DNA of 64,000 bases from contig NC_043000.1 of NCBI RefSeq assembly GCF_006345805.1, forward strand, positions 155,496,001-155,560,000. Direction: 5' to 3'. This stretch comes from Octopus sinensis. Lineage: Eukaryota. Positions 12,845 to 24,920 of this stretch are shown here, piece after piece. The notes under the pieces are model-generated. The model was not told the origin of the DNA and did no database searches. It saw nothing but the letters and a program-made list of their open reading frames with translations. The position numbers and the translations under genes were made by a program. Position 1 is the first letter of the stretch. Every line of letters begins with the position of its first letter.

Positions 12845-12983
12845 TATTTGCCCGCGCATGTGCATACATATGTCTGATATATATATATATATATATATAT
12901 GACGAGGTTGTTGCCCTGTCCAGTTCTGGAACAATGTAGGGCTTACCATGGAAAAAGCACTGCTGTTTATTTTCTCGTGTTCC

Positions 12984-13017
12984 TTTCTGTTGAAGAGCGT
13001 AGACTCGAAACGTTAAA
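12984..13017 (+). ncRNA. Variant minimal hammerhead-like motif (core CUGUUGA)
   Basis: ttt CTGTTGA A GAGCGTAGACTC GAA ACGT T aaa. Confidence 0.4.
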
Positions 13018-13115
13018 TAATGTCTCACCTTCCCGAGCGTTAAACTAATACACTTGGTTGTTGTTTACATACTGTCTTCGTCTTTTGTTTCTTTTGTAAA
13101 TTCCAACTATTGTGC

Positions 13116-13175
<60 letters not shown>

Positions 13176-13195
13176 TATATACATATACAGATGTG

Positions 13196-13345
13196 AAGGC
13201 GCGTGGCTTAGGGGTTAGAGTATTCGGCTCATGATCGTTAAGGATGCACATATCTGTGGAGTGCTCCGCCACTTACACGTTAATTTCACGAGCAAGCTGT
13301 TCCATCGGCTGGGAACATCGTCGTCGTAACCGACGGAGTGCTCCA
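13196..13345 (+). mobile_element. SINE-C related copy with internal deletion
   Basis: tRNA-like head plus 3' part ctgtggagtgctc...gtcgtaaccgacggagtgct matching the 32.2-kb element. Confidence 0.7.
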
Positions 13346-13416
13346 TATATACAAATATAATTAGGTATTAAAAATATATGTGCGTGTATGCATCACTCAC
13401 ACTATCTCTTTTATCC

Positions 13417-13454
<38 letters not shown>

Positions 13455-13596
13455 CTGTCTATCTTATCTATCTATCTTATCTATCTCTAAATTTATCTGT
13501 CTATCTAGCTTGCTAGCTTTCTACAGATTATATACACTCTCTAGGCATTTATATACATATATATTTGTTTGTTTGTGTGTGTGAAAGTAATGTGGT

Positions 13597-13943
<347 letters not shown>

Positions 13944-14175
13944 GTGAGGGAATATGTTATAGCGTGTTTGTATTGCAAATATGCGTAGTGCAAAGCTTTC
14001 AAAAGCGGTTGTTTGTTTGTGTGTCACTGAGAATGTACATATCTATGCGCGTGGTTGTTGCATGTATGTTTGTATATGAATATGTTACGTGCTTTGTCTT
14101 GTTTGTTCAAGATCGCTATGAACATGTTTTTCTGTGTAGATCTTGTGCTTGTTCATACATGTCCTCTCCTTTCCG

Positions 14176-14255
14176 GGTATATACATATATGTATGCATGT
14201 GTGTGTGTGTGTGTGTGCGTGTGTGTGTGTGTGTGCGCGTGTGCGTGTGTGTGTG

Positions 14256-14296
<41 letters not shown>

Positions 14297-14484
14297 AAGC
14301 ACACACACGCCACATGTATATATATGCATATATATATATAATATATTATATATATATATATATTATATATATATTTATGCATATACATACGTATGTGGCG
14401 TGTGTGTGCTTAGATATAAATATTATATATATATATATAATATATATATGCATATACATACGTATGTGGTGTGTGTGTGTGTGC

Positions 14485-14553
<69 letters not shown>

Positions 14554-14612
14554 TATACATACGTATGTGGCGTGTGTGTGCTTAGATATAAATATATATA
14601 TATATATATACG
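14176..14612. repeat. Compound microsatellite with embedded 25-bp inverted and direct repeats
   Basis: Direct reading. Confidence 0.9.
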
Positions 14613-17218
14613 CATGTATATATAAAGTGTATGCGTGTTTATGTGAGCTGCTGCTTTGTGGGTTTTAAATTATGTAATCCGGTATCAACGGGTAGGATCT
14701 CGCTTTTGAAATGAACTAAGTCAAATAAAGCTGATCCGTTCTTGTTTCATAACATTTCTGTTGATGAAACAATGCATGTATTGCAGCTGGCAAATAGGAT
14801 TTATACGAAGTATAAAGCTCTATACCAAGAGATATATACCTTGCAAATACCCACGTCACTACATCACTGCATACATGCATACATACATACATGAATACAG
14901 ATTATATATATATGTGTGTGTGTGTGTGTATGAATGTATGTAACTGGGAAAGGATGAAAAGTGCAAATGTGCTTGAGCATGCAGGTGTATTTGTATTTTC
15001 ACTCTTACACCTTTGCGCATTCACTAGTATGCATTAGCCCATAGCATACGCACCTGCTAGGGAAACGCTTCGAAATATTTAGTTGATCACATCGACCTTA
15101 GTACATATTTCAGCTTGTAACTATTTTTAATCAATCTCTGTTTATCAAATCGCTAGTTAATATGTAGCCGCCTAGAGGAAAATGAGTTTTGTTGAAGGTA
15201 ATTTGGCTAAGTTATTCATGTGTGGCCACCATGAAAGTTGATGTAAGATCAAGAGAGAATATGAGGTGTATAAGAGAATATGTTGCTTGTGAACGTTGTC
15301 AATATGTGCTGCTTATGTGCACGTAGAGTATGTTACGGGACAGTTGTCTTAACATATGGAACGATTGTGTGTTTTTGTGCTATTAATCAATCAAACTGAT
15401 GAAGCCGTAGATTCGCAACAGCAAGAGACACAATCTCCGCTCGCCATCTTTCTAGGTCATCAGCTAGTCTCATATTTTCCACCATTTATTTTCTGCCCAT
15501 TCTCTGTACTTTTTTCAATCTCGCATTTCTTCGTCTTCCTATGTAATATTGACGAAGATATGTTTCCTGTAGACTGATGTTTTCGATATTTCAGGCTCAT
15601 GATCGTAGTTCATTTGCCAGAAAGTACGTCGCTAAAATGCTGAAAATAGGAAGACAAAAACCAAGCTTTCAGGTATACCACATTTAGTAGATTATGGGCC
15701 AGATTACCTGTAGTAATGCATTGGTATGGCATCATACTAACAGTGTAAGGAATGAGAGACTCAACTGACTTATAAGTAGTTAACATAATAACAGCTTCTC
15801 ATACCAGGTTCATGTGTATGCTCTGTTTGTCTCTTTAGTTTGTTTTAATTATCGCTGGTGAGATCTTGTTTGATTAAATATTAGGCCTCAGGGTTTATAC
15901 TACCGTTTATATTTGCACATATTTTATACAGATATGTATTGAGCATTATAATGTTTTTTGTGCCGCAACTAAAAATGTGATTATACGTGTTAATGAATAG
16001 CAATATGAACAACAAGAGCAGCAATAACAATAATTTACGGTATTCAATTGTTCTGTGTGTCTGGACGTCAAAATCCCATAAAATTCGTAAAGCATTTTCT
16101 CATACATTATTGAACCACTTATCTGAAGTGTTGCAATCGTAATGTCTACAAAGTGACCGTTGGAAATTGAGACAAACTTCATCACGACGTTGCTTGAATG
16201 CTTCTTTTTTGTTTTTTTGTTTGTTTCTTTTTGAGATAACATTTTTCGGCCTGCTACATTTCGCTCAATATTTTCCTTTCGTTGATTACATTAGTGGGAC
16301 ATGTTTATCGAAGCGATAGAGTAGATACTATTACAGATCTAGTGATTTGAGCCGGATCTTCAACAGTCACCAGCAGAATCTCAGTTTCACTGCTTTAACA
16401 CAAATGTTTCCCCTATTTGGTCTCTTTTATCTTGTTCCTCCCACTAAACACACTATCAAACCTTATCACTTCCTATAATCATTCGTCTACTTTTAGAATT
16501 TAGTTACGACCTATGCTAACTTTTAAATACGAATAGACATATACCCAATACGTTTATTCTCCTACTAATTCCGCATGTTTTACTTTGCTTTTAAGGCATC
16601 CGTCAGCAACATACACGCTCGAACACTTACCGAAAGCTACATTCCAAATCTACATTCCAAATCTACCAAACGTATCATTTAAAGCCTACTAAAATATTTA
16701 TAAACTTCAAACAAAATCCGACAAGTAATATATACTTTATCTCCACTCAGCCTTTAAGCCTGTTAATACCAAACACTATGCCTAATGTATCTTAACTTCG
16801 GTTCGTTCATCCTTTGACCCACTATTGTAATAAACACCCATACTGAAAAAGAATCGTCACCGATGACTGGCGGCTTTACAGAGTAATCAGAGTAAGGCGT
16901 TACATAAAGACAATTAACTTATTTTAGATCCTACTGCTTTAGATGCTAAATAAGTAATATATATTAGTTGCAGTTTTGTTCCCATAAATTAATCGCATAT
17001 TCCCTTCAGGCTTTCTATAGGTTTAGTGTTGATTACATGTATACACAAAAATCTATACCTCTTGTCATATATATATATATATATATACATAAAAGTAAAT
17101 AAATGGTACAACGAAGCACCGATATTTACTGTACATTTATTTACTTTTATGTATAATTTTACCCTCACGGGCTATCCTTTGCTGGAAAGCAATACTCTCG
17201 TATTGCATAACTATTTTC

Positions 17219-17261
<43 letters not shown>

Positions 17262-17280
17262 TATATTATATATATATATA

Positions 17281-17668
17281 TGGCTGTGTGGTAAGTAGCT
17301 TGCTTACCAACTACATGGTTTCGGGTTCAGTCCCAATGCGTGGTATCTTGGGCAAGTGTCTTCTACTAAAGCTTCGGGCCAACCAATGCATTGTGAGTGG
17401 AATTGGTACACGGAAACTCAAAGAGGCCCATCGTATATATGTATATATATGTGTGTGTGTGTGTGTGTGCGCGCGCGCTCGTGTGTGTGTGCATGTTTGT
17501 GTGTCTGTGTTTGTCCCCCTGGTGTGTTTACGTCCCCATCACTTAGCGGTACGGCAAAAAACCGATAGAATAAGTACTGCGCTCACAAAGAATAAGTCCC
17601 GGGGTCGATTTGCTCAACTAAAGGCGGTGCTCCAGCATGGCTGCAGTCAAATGACTGGAATAAGTAAC
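17281..17668 (+). mobile_element. SINE-A copy
   Basis: Homology to other copies. Confidence 0.9.
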
Positions 17669-17847
17669 GAATATATACATATATATATATATATATATAC
17701 GTTTAAATATTTGTTGTGCAAGATTTTTTATGTGAAGTCGTGTGTTGAAACAGATATTGTTATATTTCGGAATGGTCATATTGACAGTCATGCTTCACAA
17801 TTTTTGACTGTCAAAAATTGTGAAGCATGACTGTCACCACTACTACA

Positions 17848-17892
17848 TGAGCCTGAAGATTGCAGAATTTAATGCATGAAAGTACTAGTTCA
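17848..17892 (+). ncRNA. Minimal type I hammerhead ribozyme motif (Penelope-like element type)
   Basis: TGAGC CTGAAGA tTGCA-gaatttaa-TGCAt GAA AGTACT A GTTCA; helix I 5 bp with one G-U, palindromic helix III, CUA site, U-U mismatch closing helix II. Confidence 0.7.
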
Positions 17893-18853
17893 ATCAGAAT
17901 GAACATTTAACATTCTATTATTTTATTTTATTTTATTATATTATATTATCTTATATCATTACAAGATTGTAAATAAAACGTGAAAATCAGACAAGGTTGG
18001 AATTCCTTTTATTAATATATTCTTCTATACACAATCACACACACCCGTATATATATATATATATTTGTGTATAATTATAATGTTTTAATGTGGCTTAAAT
18101 AAATTATCGTTTCTTCGCTGTGAATTTATATTTCCCTCTATCCGTTAACCCTTTTACCCCAAAGACTGTAAAACTTTTAAAACCTAACATATTTGGTTAC
18201 ATTGTTGTATTTACTTCGTTAAATGCTATCAGAAGAATCTGTATATTTACCATGTCACGAGATAAAACGACTCACGTATGCAGAGATTCCAAACAACATA
18301 TTATTTCAAATATTATTGTAACTAAGTTAGAGTCTTAACTAATGCCTTGCAACTAAATGGCTTTTTTTGTAGGTTTTTTTTCATAAAACGAAATGTCAAC
18401 CTTCTTTTTCTTTGAAAATAAAAATCTAAAATGAAAGACATGACCTACAAATCTTCGCATTATTAAAATTATTATAAATTCATTTCAACTTTCATCATAA
18501 TACACATACCCAACCATGCGGATTAGTAAACAGAACAATTTATTAATTATAAACAAATTTTATTTTAATTTTTGTGATCGATGTTGAGCAGACAGAGGGT
18601 TTATATTTCAAATGCATATTTATTTGCGCTTTTCCTCTGTAAACGATCACACACATTCACCATCCATCTTACGTACTTAATCCACTATCTTTGCCCTTGA
18701 TTCTTTTACCTTTGTTGTGTAATTTCATCCTACAGCAGGTTTCTGCATATGCCATCGATTATTTAGTTCTTCCCATCTCAACAAATCTTCATAAATATGA
18801 TGTTGACTTCTTTCAGTTCCAATTTTGAAAAATCCGGATCGGGATTAAACTTT

Positions 18854-19257
18854 GTGGCTGTGTGGTATGTAGCTTGTTTACCAACCACATGGTTCCGGGT
18901 TCAGTCCCACTGCGTGGCACCTTGGGCAAGTGTCTTCTACTATAGCCTAGGGCCGACCAAAGCCTTGTGAGTGGATTTGGTAGACGGAAACTGAAAGAAG
19001 CCCGTCGTATATATGTGTATACATATATATATATGCGTGTGTGTGTTTGTGTGTCTGTGTTTGTCCCCCTAGCATTGCTTGACAACCGATGCTGGTGTGT
19101 TTATGTCCCCGTTACTTAGCTATTCGGCAAAAGAGACCGATTGAATAAGTACTGGGCTTACAAAAGAATAAGTCCCGGGGTCGATTTGCTCGACTAAAGG
19201 CTGTGCTCCAGCATGGCCGCAGTCAAATGACTGAAACAAGTAAAAGAGTAAAAGAGT
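18854..19257 (+). mobile_element. SINE-A copy
   Basis: Homology; tail gtaaaagagtaaaagag. Confidence 0.92.
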
Positions 19258-19653
19258 ATCAACTTTTACAAATTTAAATCGTGAATGCGAGCAAGTGTGC
19301 GTTCGGGCGCGTGATTTGGCAGCTCGTAACAGAACGAGCGACTACACAGAGGTTCCTATGAAGTTCCTTAGTAGAAACTGCCGTTTCTTACAGAAATAAT
19401 AATACCAAATTACAGATATTTTCTGTTATACTCATTTTGTCAAAACGGGATTGACTTTTTCTCATCACCTACACTTTATCTGCAGATATTGACATCAATC
19501 TCAGCAGTCTAGGACTGCTTGCAAAGGTCATAGGTAAGCAGTGTTCTCTGACTCAATTTTATGAGAAAATAATCTCACTAAAACTTTAAGAATTTGCAAT
19601 TTTTAGACACTGCCATTCTAAAAATGTTGAACCTTGACCTATAATAATTCAAA

Positions 19654-19662
19654 GTAGTAGTG

Positions 19663-19695
<33 letters not shown>

Positions 19696-19772
19696 TAAGC
19701 AGCCGCAGCAACAGTAGTAATAGTAGTAGTAGTAGTAGTAGTAGTAGTAGCAGCTGCAGCAGCGGCTGTAAC

Positions 19773-19834
<62 letters not shown>

Positions 19835-20079
19835 CACTATTGTTTACGTTGTGGTTGCTTTGCTTTATAAAAGTTGTTCAAGTTTCATACTGAGACTTCT
19901 TCAAGTTAACAGCATCTTCGACATTTGACTATGGATGTTATTTGCGATTAGCACTGATATATGTATTATACGGAAGCGAGACCAGAATTTGAGTAGTAAA
20001 ATTCTGTTAATTGTGTAAATATTTCAATTATACATAAATCAAGTATTTTCAGGTTGACTGTAGTAGTAGTAACAGCAGC

Positions 20080-20113
<34 letters not shown>

Positions 20114-20233
20114 ACAGTAATAGCAGCAGCAGCAGTAGCAGCAGCAGTAGTAGTAGTAGTAGTAGTAGTAGTAGAAGCAGTAGTAGCAGCAACAGCAGCA
20201 GCAGTAGCAGTAGTAGTAGTAGTAGTAGTAGTG
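19654..20233. repeat. (TAG/CAG)n and (TTA)n trinucleotide arrays (19654-19832, 20061-20233)
   Basis: Direct reading. Confidence 0.93.
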
Positions 20234-21474
20234 TTAACACTACAGCACGTACGTTCCTAAGACTTCCTATGTCAAGATTAAAGTTCTCTTTGTTTGGAAT
20301 GCAGGAACGGCAAATAAATGATCAATCCTTACAAAGCCTTACACAGTACATAAATATCTTTATAGATGTATAAATATATTTATATACTTAATATTCGTTA
20401 TATTCATTACAATTTATGTTTTATTTTAGATACTGATGTGTAGGGTGATTTTGTAATCGTGTATAGCTATTGAAACAAACGTATATATATATACACACAA
20501 GACACGCACGTAAGAATGTGTATGTATAGGAGCGTGTGTGTACATTTGTGGTTGGTGGGCTGATGTGTATGTGTGTGTGTGTGTGTGTGAAATTGCCAAG
20601 TGAAACCCGCTTTCAACTTCTCTTCTTCCGTTAATTTTTGAAATCCAAAGATTGAAATATAAATCACCCAGTAAAGTTTTATTTCTTTCCAGTATGCGAA
20701 CATTCTGTACTACATATGTTAGAAGAACATAATGTATACAAATAGATTAAGTATCACCAACACAGCCATGTGCAGATGCTGACGTCGGATACAAAGGCAC
20801 ACTTAAGTACAATGTTAAATGAAAATTAACTTTTTATTTCAGACCATTCCTTTCCAGATGTGAACCGCTTCAAATTATCTATATTAATAGTCTTGGGTTA
20901 AGTAGTGGTTAATATTTTTTCTTGAAAAACGCTAAGAAAATGAGAAAAAAAGCATTTAATTTAGAGTTAATTTATTTATTCTAAATATTTTTATAGTTTT
21001 TTAGCTGTCAGTTCGAGGTCAGTTATTTAGTATCTTTAGCATGGTCACAGCTTGCTGCGTCTATACAGCCGGGTTGCCGTTGTCGCAGTAAATCCATATC
21101 AACAGTATTAAACTAACATAGACATTCGTTTCAGTTAGTATTAACATATTTAATGCAAGTAGATAGCAAAACGTCAATGTAAAGTATGCTTGCAGTGACG
21201 AAAAGACATTAGCTTAATGACATTTAATTTTAATTAAATCATTAATTACGGTGGACACAACCGTTTATGTTAATCTCATACCCGTCTACATTATTGTAAA
21301 TTAATTTACAATAATAAAGACATATAGATGTAAAAAAATTAACGTACATTCGAAAATAATTATAAATCATTTCGGAAAATTACTCAGAATTCCATCCGCC
21401 TGGAAATAAATTGGACTCCAGTGTTTCACAGGGTGTTGTGACTGGGCATTAATTAATTAGAAATAAAATCAGGT

Positions 21475-22059
21475 AAGGCGGCGAGCAGGCAGAAACGTTA
21501 GCACGCCCGGCGAAACGCTTTGTGGTATTTCTTTTGCCGCTACGTTCTGAGTTCAAACTCCGCCGAGGTCGACTTTGCCTTTCATCCTTTCGGGGTCGAT
21601 AAATTAAGTACCAGTTACGAACTGGTGTCGATATAATCGACTTAATCCGTTTATCTGTCATTGTTTGTCCTCTCTGTGTTTAGCCCCTTGTTGGTAGTAA
21701 AGAAATAAGTATTTCGTCTGCCGTTACGTTCTGAGTTCAAATTCCGCCGAGGTCGACTGCCTTTCATCCTTTCGGGGTCGATAAATTAAGTACCAGTTAC
21801 GAACTGGGGTCTATATAATTGACTTAATCCGTGTGTCTGTCCTTGTTTGTCCTCTCTGTGTTTAGCCCCTTGTAGGTAGTAAAGAAATAGGTATTTCGTC
21901 TGCCGTTACGTTCTGAGTTCAAATTCCGCCGAGGTCGACTGCCTTTCATCCTTTCGGGGCTTATAGATTAAGTACCAGTTACGCACTGGGGTCGATGTAA
22001 TCGACTTAATCCTTGTTTGCCCCCTCTATGTTTAGCCCCTTGTGGACAATAAAGAAATA
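21475..22059 (+). mobile_element. SINE-B trimer: one full unit plus two headless units
   Basis: Units restart at gtatttcgtctgcc (21709, 21891; period 182); 14-bp TSD agaaataaaatcag at 21459-21472 and 22060-22073. Confidence 0.92.
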
Positions 22060-22605
22060 AGAAATAAAATCAGTTATAACTTATCCACGTTATACTGTTC
22101 TAAGTTCAAATCTGACTAGGGTCTGTCAAATTTTTACATAAAAGACTTACAATTGAGTAACTGGTAAAATCCTGATGAAACTTTCTAAGTTTGCTGTAAT
22201 AATCTATTATAAGTTTGATTTTCATTACCTTCATTCAGACAGCGCTATATTTTTCAACATATTCTTTCAAGTCCATCAGTTTCAAAGTGTGGCACACGGC
22301 CAGGAATTCTGGGAAGAGGGTAGTCGTTTTCATCGACCCCCAGCAATCAACAGGTACTTATTTTATCGACGCTGAAAGGACGAAAACCAAAGTCGACCTC
22401 GGCTGAGTTTGAACCTGGAACGTAATGTCGTCTTATGTCTGGGTGTTCATAATTCTCTTAATGTGGTGAACCAGACAATTGGTTTCATAACTTTTTGGAA
22501 TGATATATTGAAAAGAATGTTTAAGAGTTCGAAAACTTTTTGAAAATATTGTAAGAACCTCAGTTTACTAGAATTTAATTTCCCATAATTAGACCTCATT
22601 TGATA

Positions 22606-22828
22606 TATTTCTTTATTGCCCACAAGGGGCTAAACATAGAGGGGACAGACAAAGGGATTAAGTCAATTACATAGACTCCAGTGCGTAACTGGTACTTAAT
22701 TTATCAACCCCGAAAGGATGAAAGGCAAAGTCAACTTCGACGGAATGTGAACTCACAACGTAACGGCAGACGAAATGCGGCTACGCATTTCGCCCGGCGT
22801 GCTAACGTTTCTGCCAACTCGCCGCCTT
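22606..22828 (-). mobile_element. SINE-B copy
   Basis: Reverse-complement homology. Confidence 0.9.
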
Positions 22829-22837
22829 TTGATAATC

Positions 22838-23036
22838 TGACACTACCACGCTAAATAATTACCATGATACTGTATTACAGTAAGAAAAAAAAAAGTTATG
22901 GTAATATTTGAAGGTTGTAATGCCTCAATACTTCTCTTGACACTACCACGCTAAATAATAACCATGATACTGTATTACAGTAAGAAAAAAAAAGTTATGG
23001 TAATATTTGAAGGTTGTAATCCCTCAATACTTCTCT
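22838..23036. repeat. 100-bp tandem duplication of unique sequence
   Basis: tgacactaccacgctaaataat... at 22838 and 22938. Confidence 0.93.
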
Positions 23037-23647
23037 TATCACTATTCATAAATATGTACAGCTACAACCGCAGCACTAGAGGCATAAATAACACCTACTC
23101 ACGCACACCCTGGTGATTTAAACACTCCAGCATCTATCCATATGAATGCATGCAAGGCTTTTGAAATAAAGGTTTAATTCAGCTAAGAGGAAGTGTGTTG
23201 CTCCTGTTATATAATAACTTAATGATTCATTATTTAGTTTGTTTGTCTTGTTTCTAAACCATGCCATCATGTCTGACATCCAGTTCAAATAAAATAGAGA
23301 TGTTACGTGGTTTATAAAGTACGATAGAAAATTTATAAACCGTTGTGATATAGTATAGCTGATTAACTTCTTCAAATTGCTATTCCTTTTTATCTTGAAA
23401 TTTTACGCCAAAAGGAGTACTCATTACATTTTGAAACGGTTGTCAATATAGCCAGTCTCTCGGTGACATTTAGCTCAGAGGGCTACACACGAGCTCTTTC
23501 ATACACTCAGCTAAAAGCTAGAAAGTTCAACGTTGGCTTAATAATACATACATACATACATACATTTTATATTAAGAAGATGGAGGCAGTCTGAATATGG
23601 GATAATTCTTTATTGGCGCTTTCGTTCGTTCAATCGAATTCTTCAAG

Positions 23648-23696
<49 letters not shown>

Positions 23697-23738
23697 TTAT
23701 TTATTTATATCTTGGTGTATATATATTCTTAAAATATA

Positions 23739-23805
<67 letters not shown>

Positions 23806-23838
23806 TATATATATATGCATACATATATACATACATAC

Positions 23839-23877
<39 letters not shown>

Positions 23878-23885
23878 CAGCATAT

Positions 23886-24218
23886 GAAGGCGCATGACAG
23901 TGGTTAGAGCGTCGAGCTTACAATCGTAAGGTTATGAATTCGATTCCGGGGCCGGGCAGAGTGTTGTGTTCTTGAGCAAGACACTTTATTTCATGTTGCT
24001 CCAGTTCACTCAGCTGAAGAAATTAGCTGCGACATCACTGCTGCCAAGCTGTATCGGTCTTTGCCTTTCCCTTGGATAACATCAGTGGTGTGGAGAGGGG
24101 ATGGTGGTATGCATGGGTGACCGCTGGCCTTCCATAAACAACCTTGCCCGGACTTGTGCCTGGGAGGGTAACTTTCTAGGTGCAATCCTATGGTCATTCA
24201 TGACCGAAGGGGGTCTCC
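23886..24218 (+). mobile_element. SINE-D (tRNA-like head, GTGTTCTTGAGCAAGACACTT CORE/V-like motif)
   Basis: A-box-like cagtggttagagcg, B-box-like aattcgattcc; single copy in window. Confidence 0.7.
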
Positions 24219-24263
24219 ACACATATGCATGTATAACTTTGTGTATATGTTTATATATATATA

Positions 24264-24448
24264 TACCGTTGGCGATTTTTTCCTGTCTTCCCTTCTCTGG
24301 ATCTTTCCTTCTCCTATGTTTCCGACGAAGAGCTCCGCTCGAAAAGTTAAACCCTCCTTCTTTCCTTCTTTCCTGAGCGTCCAATAATACTATATCTGTT
24401 CCACGTCCTCGCGTTGATGTGTTTTTTTGTGCTTTCTTGTTTGGATTA
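24264..24448 (+). mobile_element. (TA)n-flanked repeat of about 200 bp carrying a decayed hammerhead
   Basis: Homologous to 33494-33894 and 49033-49188; gttt CCGACGA A GAGC tcc GCTC GAA AAGT T aaac at 24318-24352. Confidence 0.75.
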
Positions 24449-24460
24449 TATATATATATA

Positions 24461-24920
24461 TATATAATATTATTAGAGACAAAACCACTATTTTGCAAAA
24501 CAAACAAGGAAAGACTTAATCAATACATAAAATTTTAATAAAAACCGCCACTACAATTGTTTCTTGTCCTGATCGACAATCTTTTATATTTTATATTTTA
24601 TATTTTATATTTAATTGTTGATAGGTTTATTTTAGTTTATATATTGTTTATATATTGATTATATATGGATTATATATAGGTTATATATAGATTATATATT
24701 TATATTTTTTCATTAATACTTTAATTATTTTAAAATTATTATTTTTATATTTTAAAATATTGATATTTTAGATTGGAAGTCCACCTGAAGATTGTCGATC
24801 AGGACAAGAAACAATTGTAGTGGCGGTTTTTTTTACTTTTTATTAAAATTTTATGTATTGATTAAGTCTTTCCTTGTTTGTTTTGCAAAATAGTGGTTTT
24901 GTCTCTAATAATATTATATA
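24461..24920. repeat. Long inverted repeat (arms 24461-24583 and 24788-24920) around an AT-rich spacer; Penelope-like foldback
   Basis: Arms identical apart from a 10-nt indel in a T run. Confidence 0.9.
24781..24823 (+). ncRNA. Intact minimal type I hammerhead ribozyme motif
   Basis: CCAC CTGAAGA TTGTC-gatcag-GACAA GAA ACAATTGT A GTGG; all core bases present, GUA site, predicted cut after 24819. Confidence 0.85.

Noticed and set aside
19654-20233. Coding poly-Gln/Ser/Ala tracts
   Set aside because: TAG-dominated repeats with frequent stops and no flanking ORF
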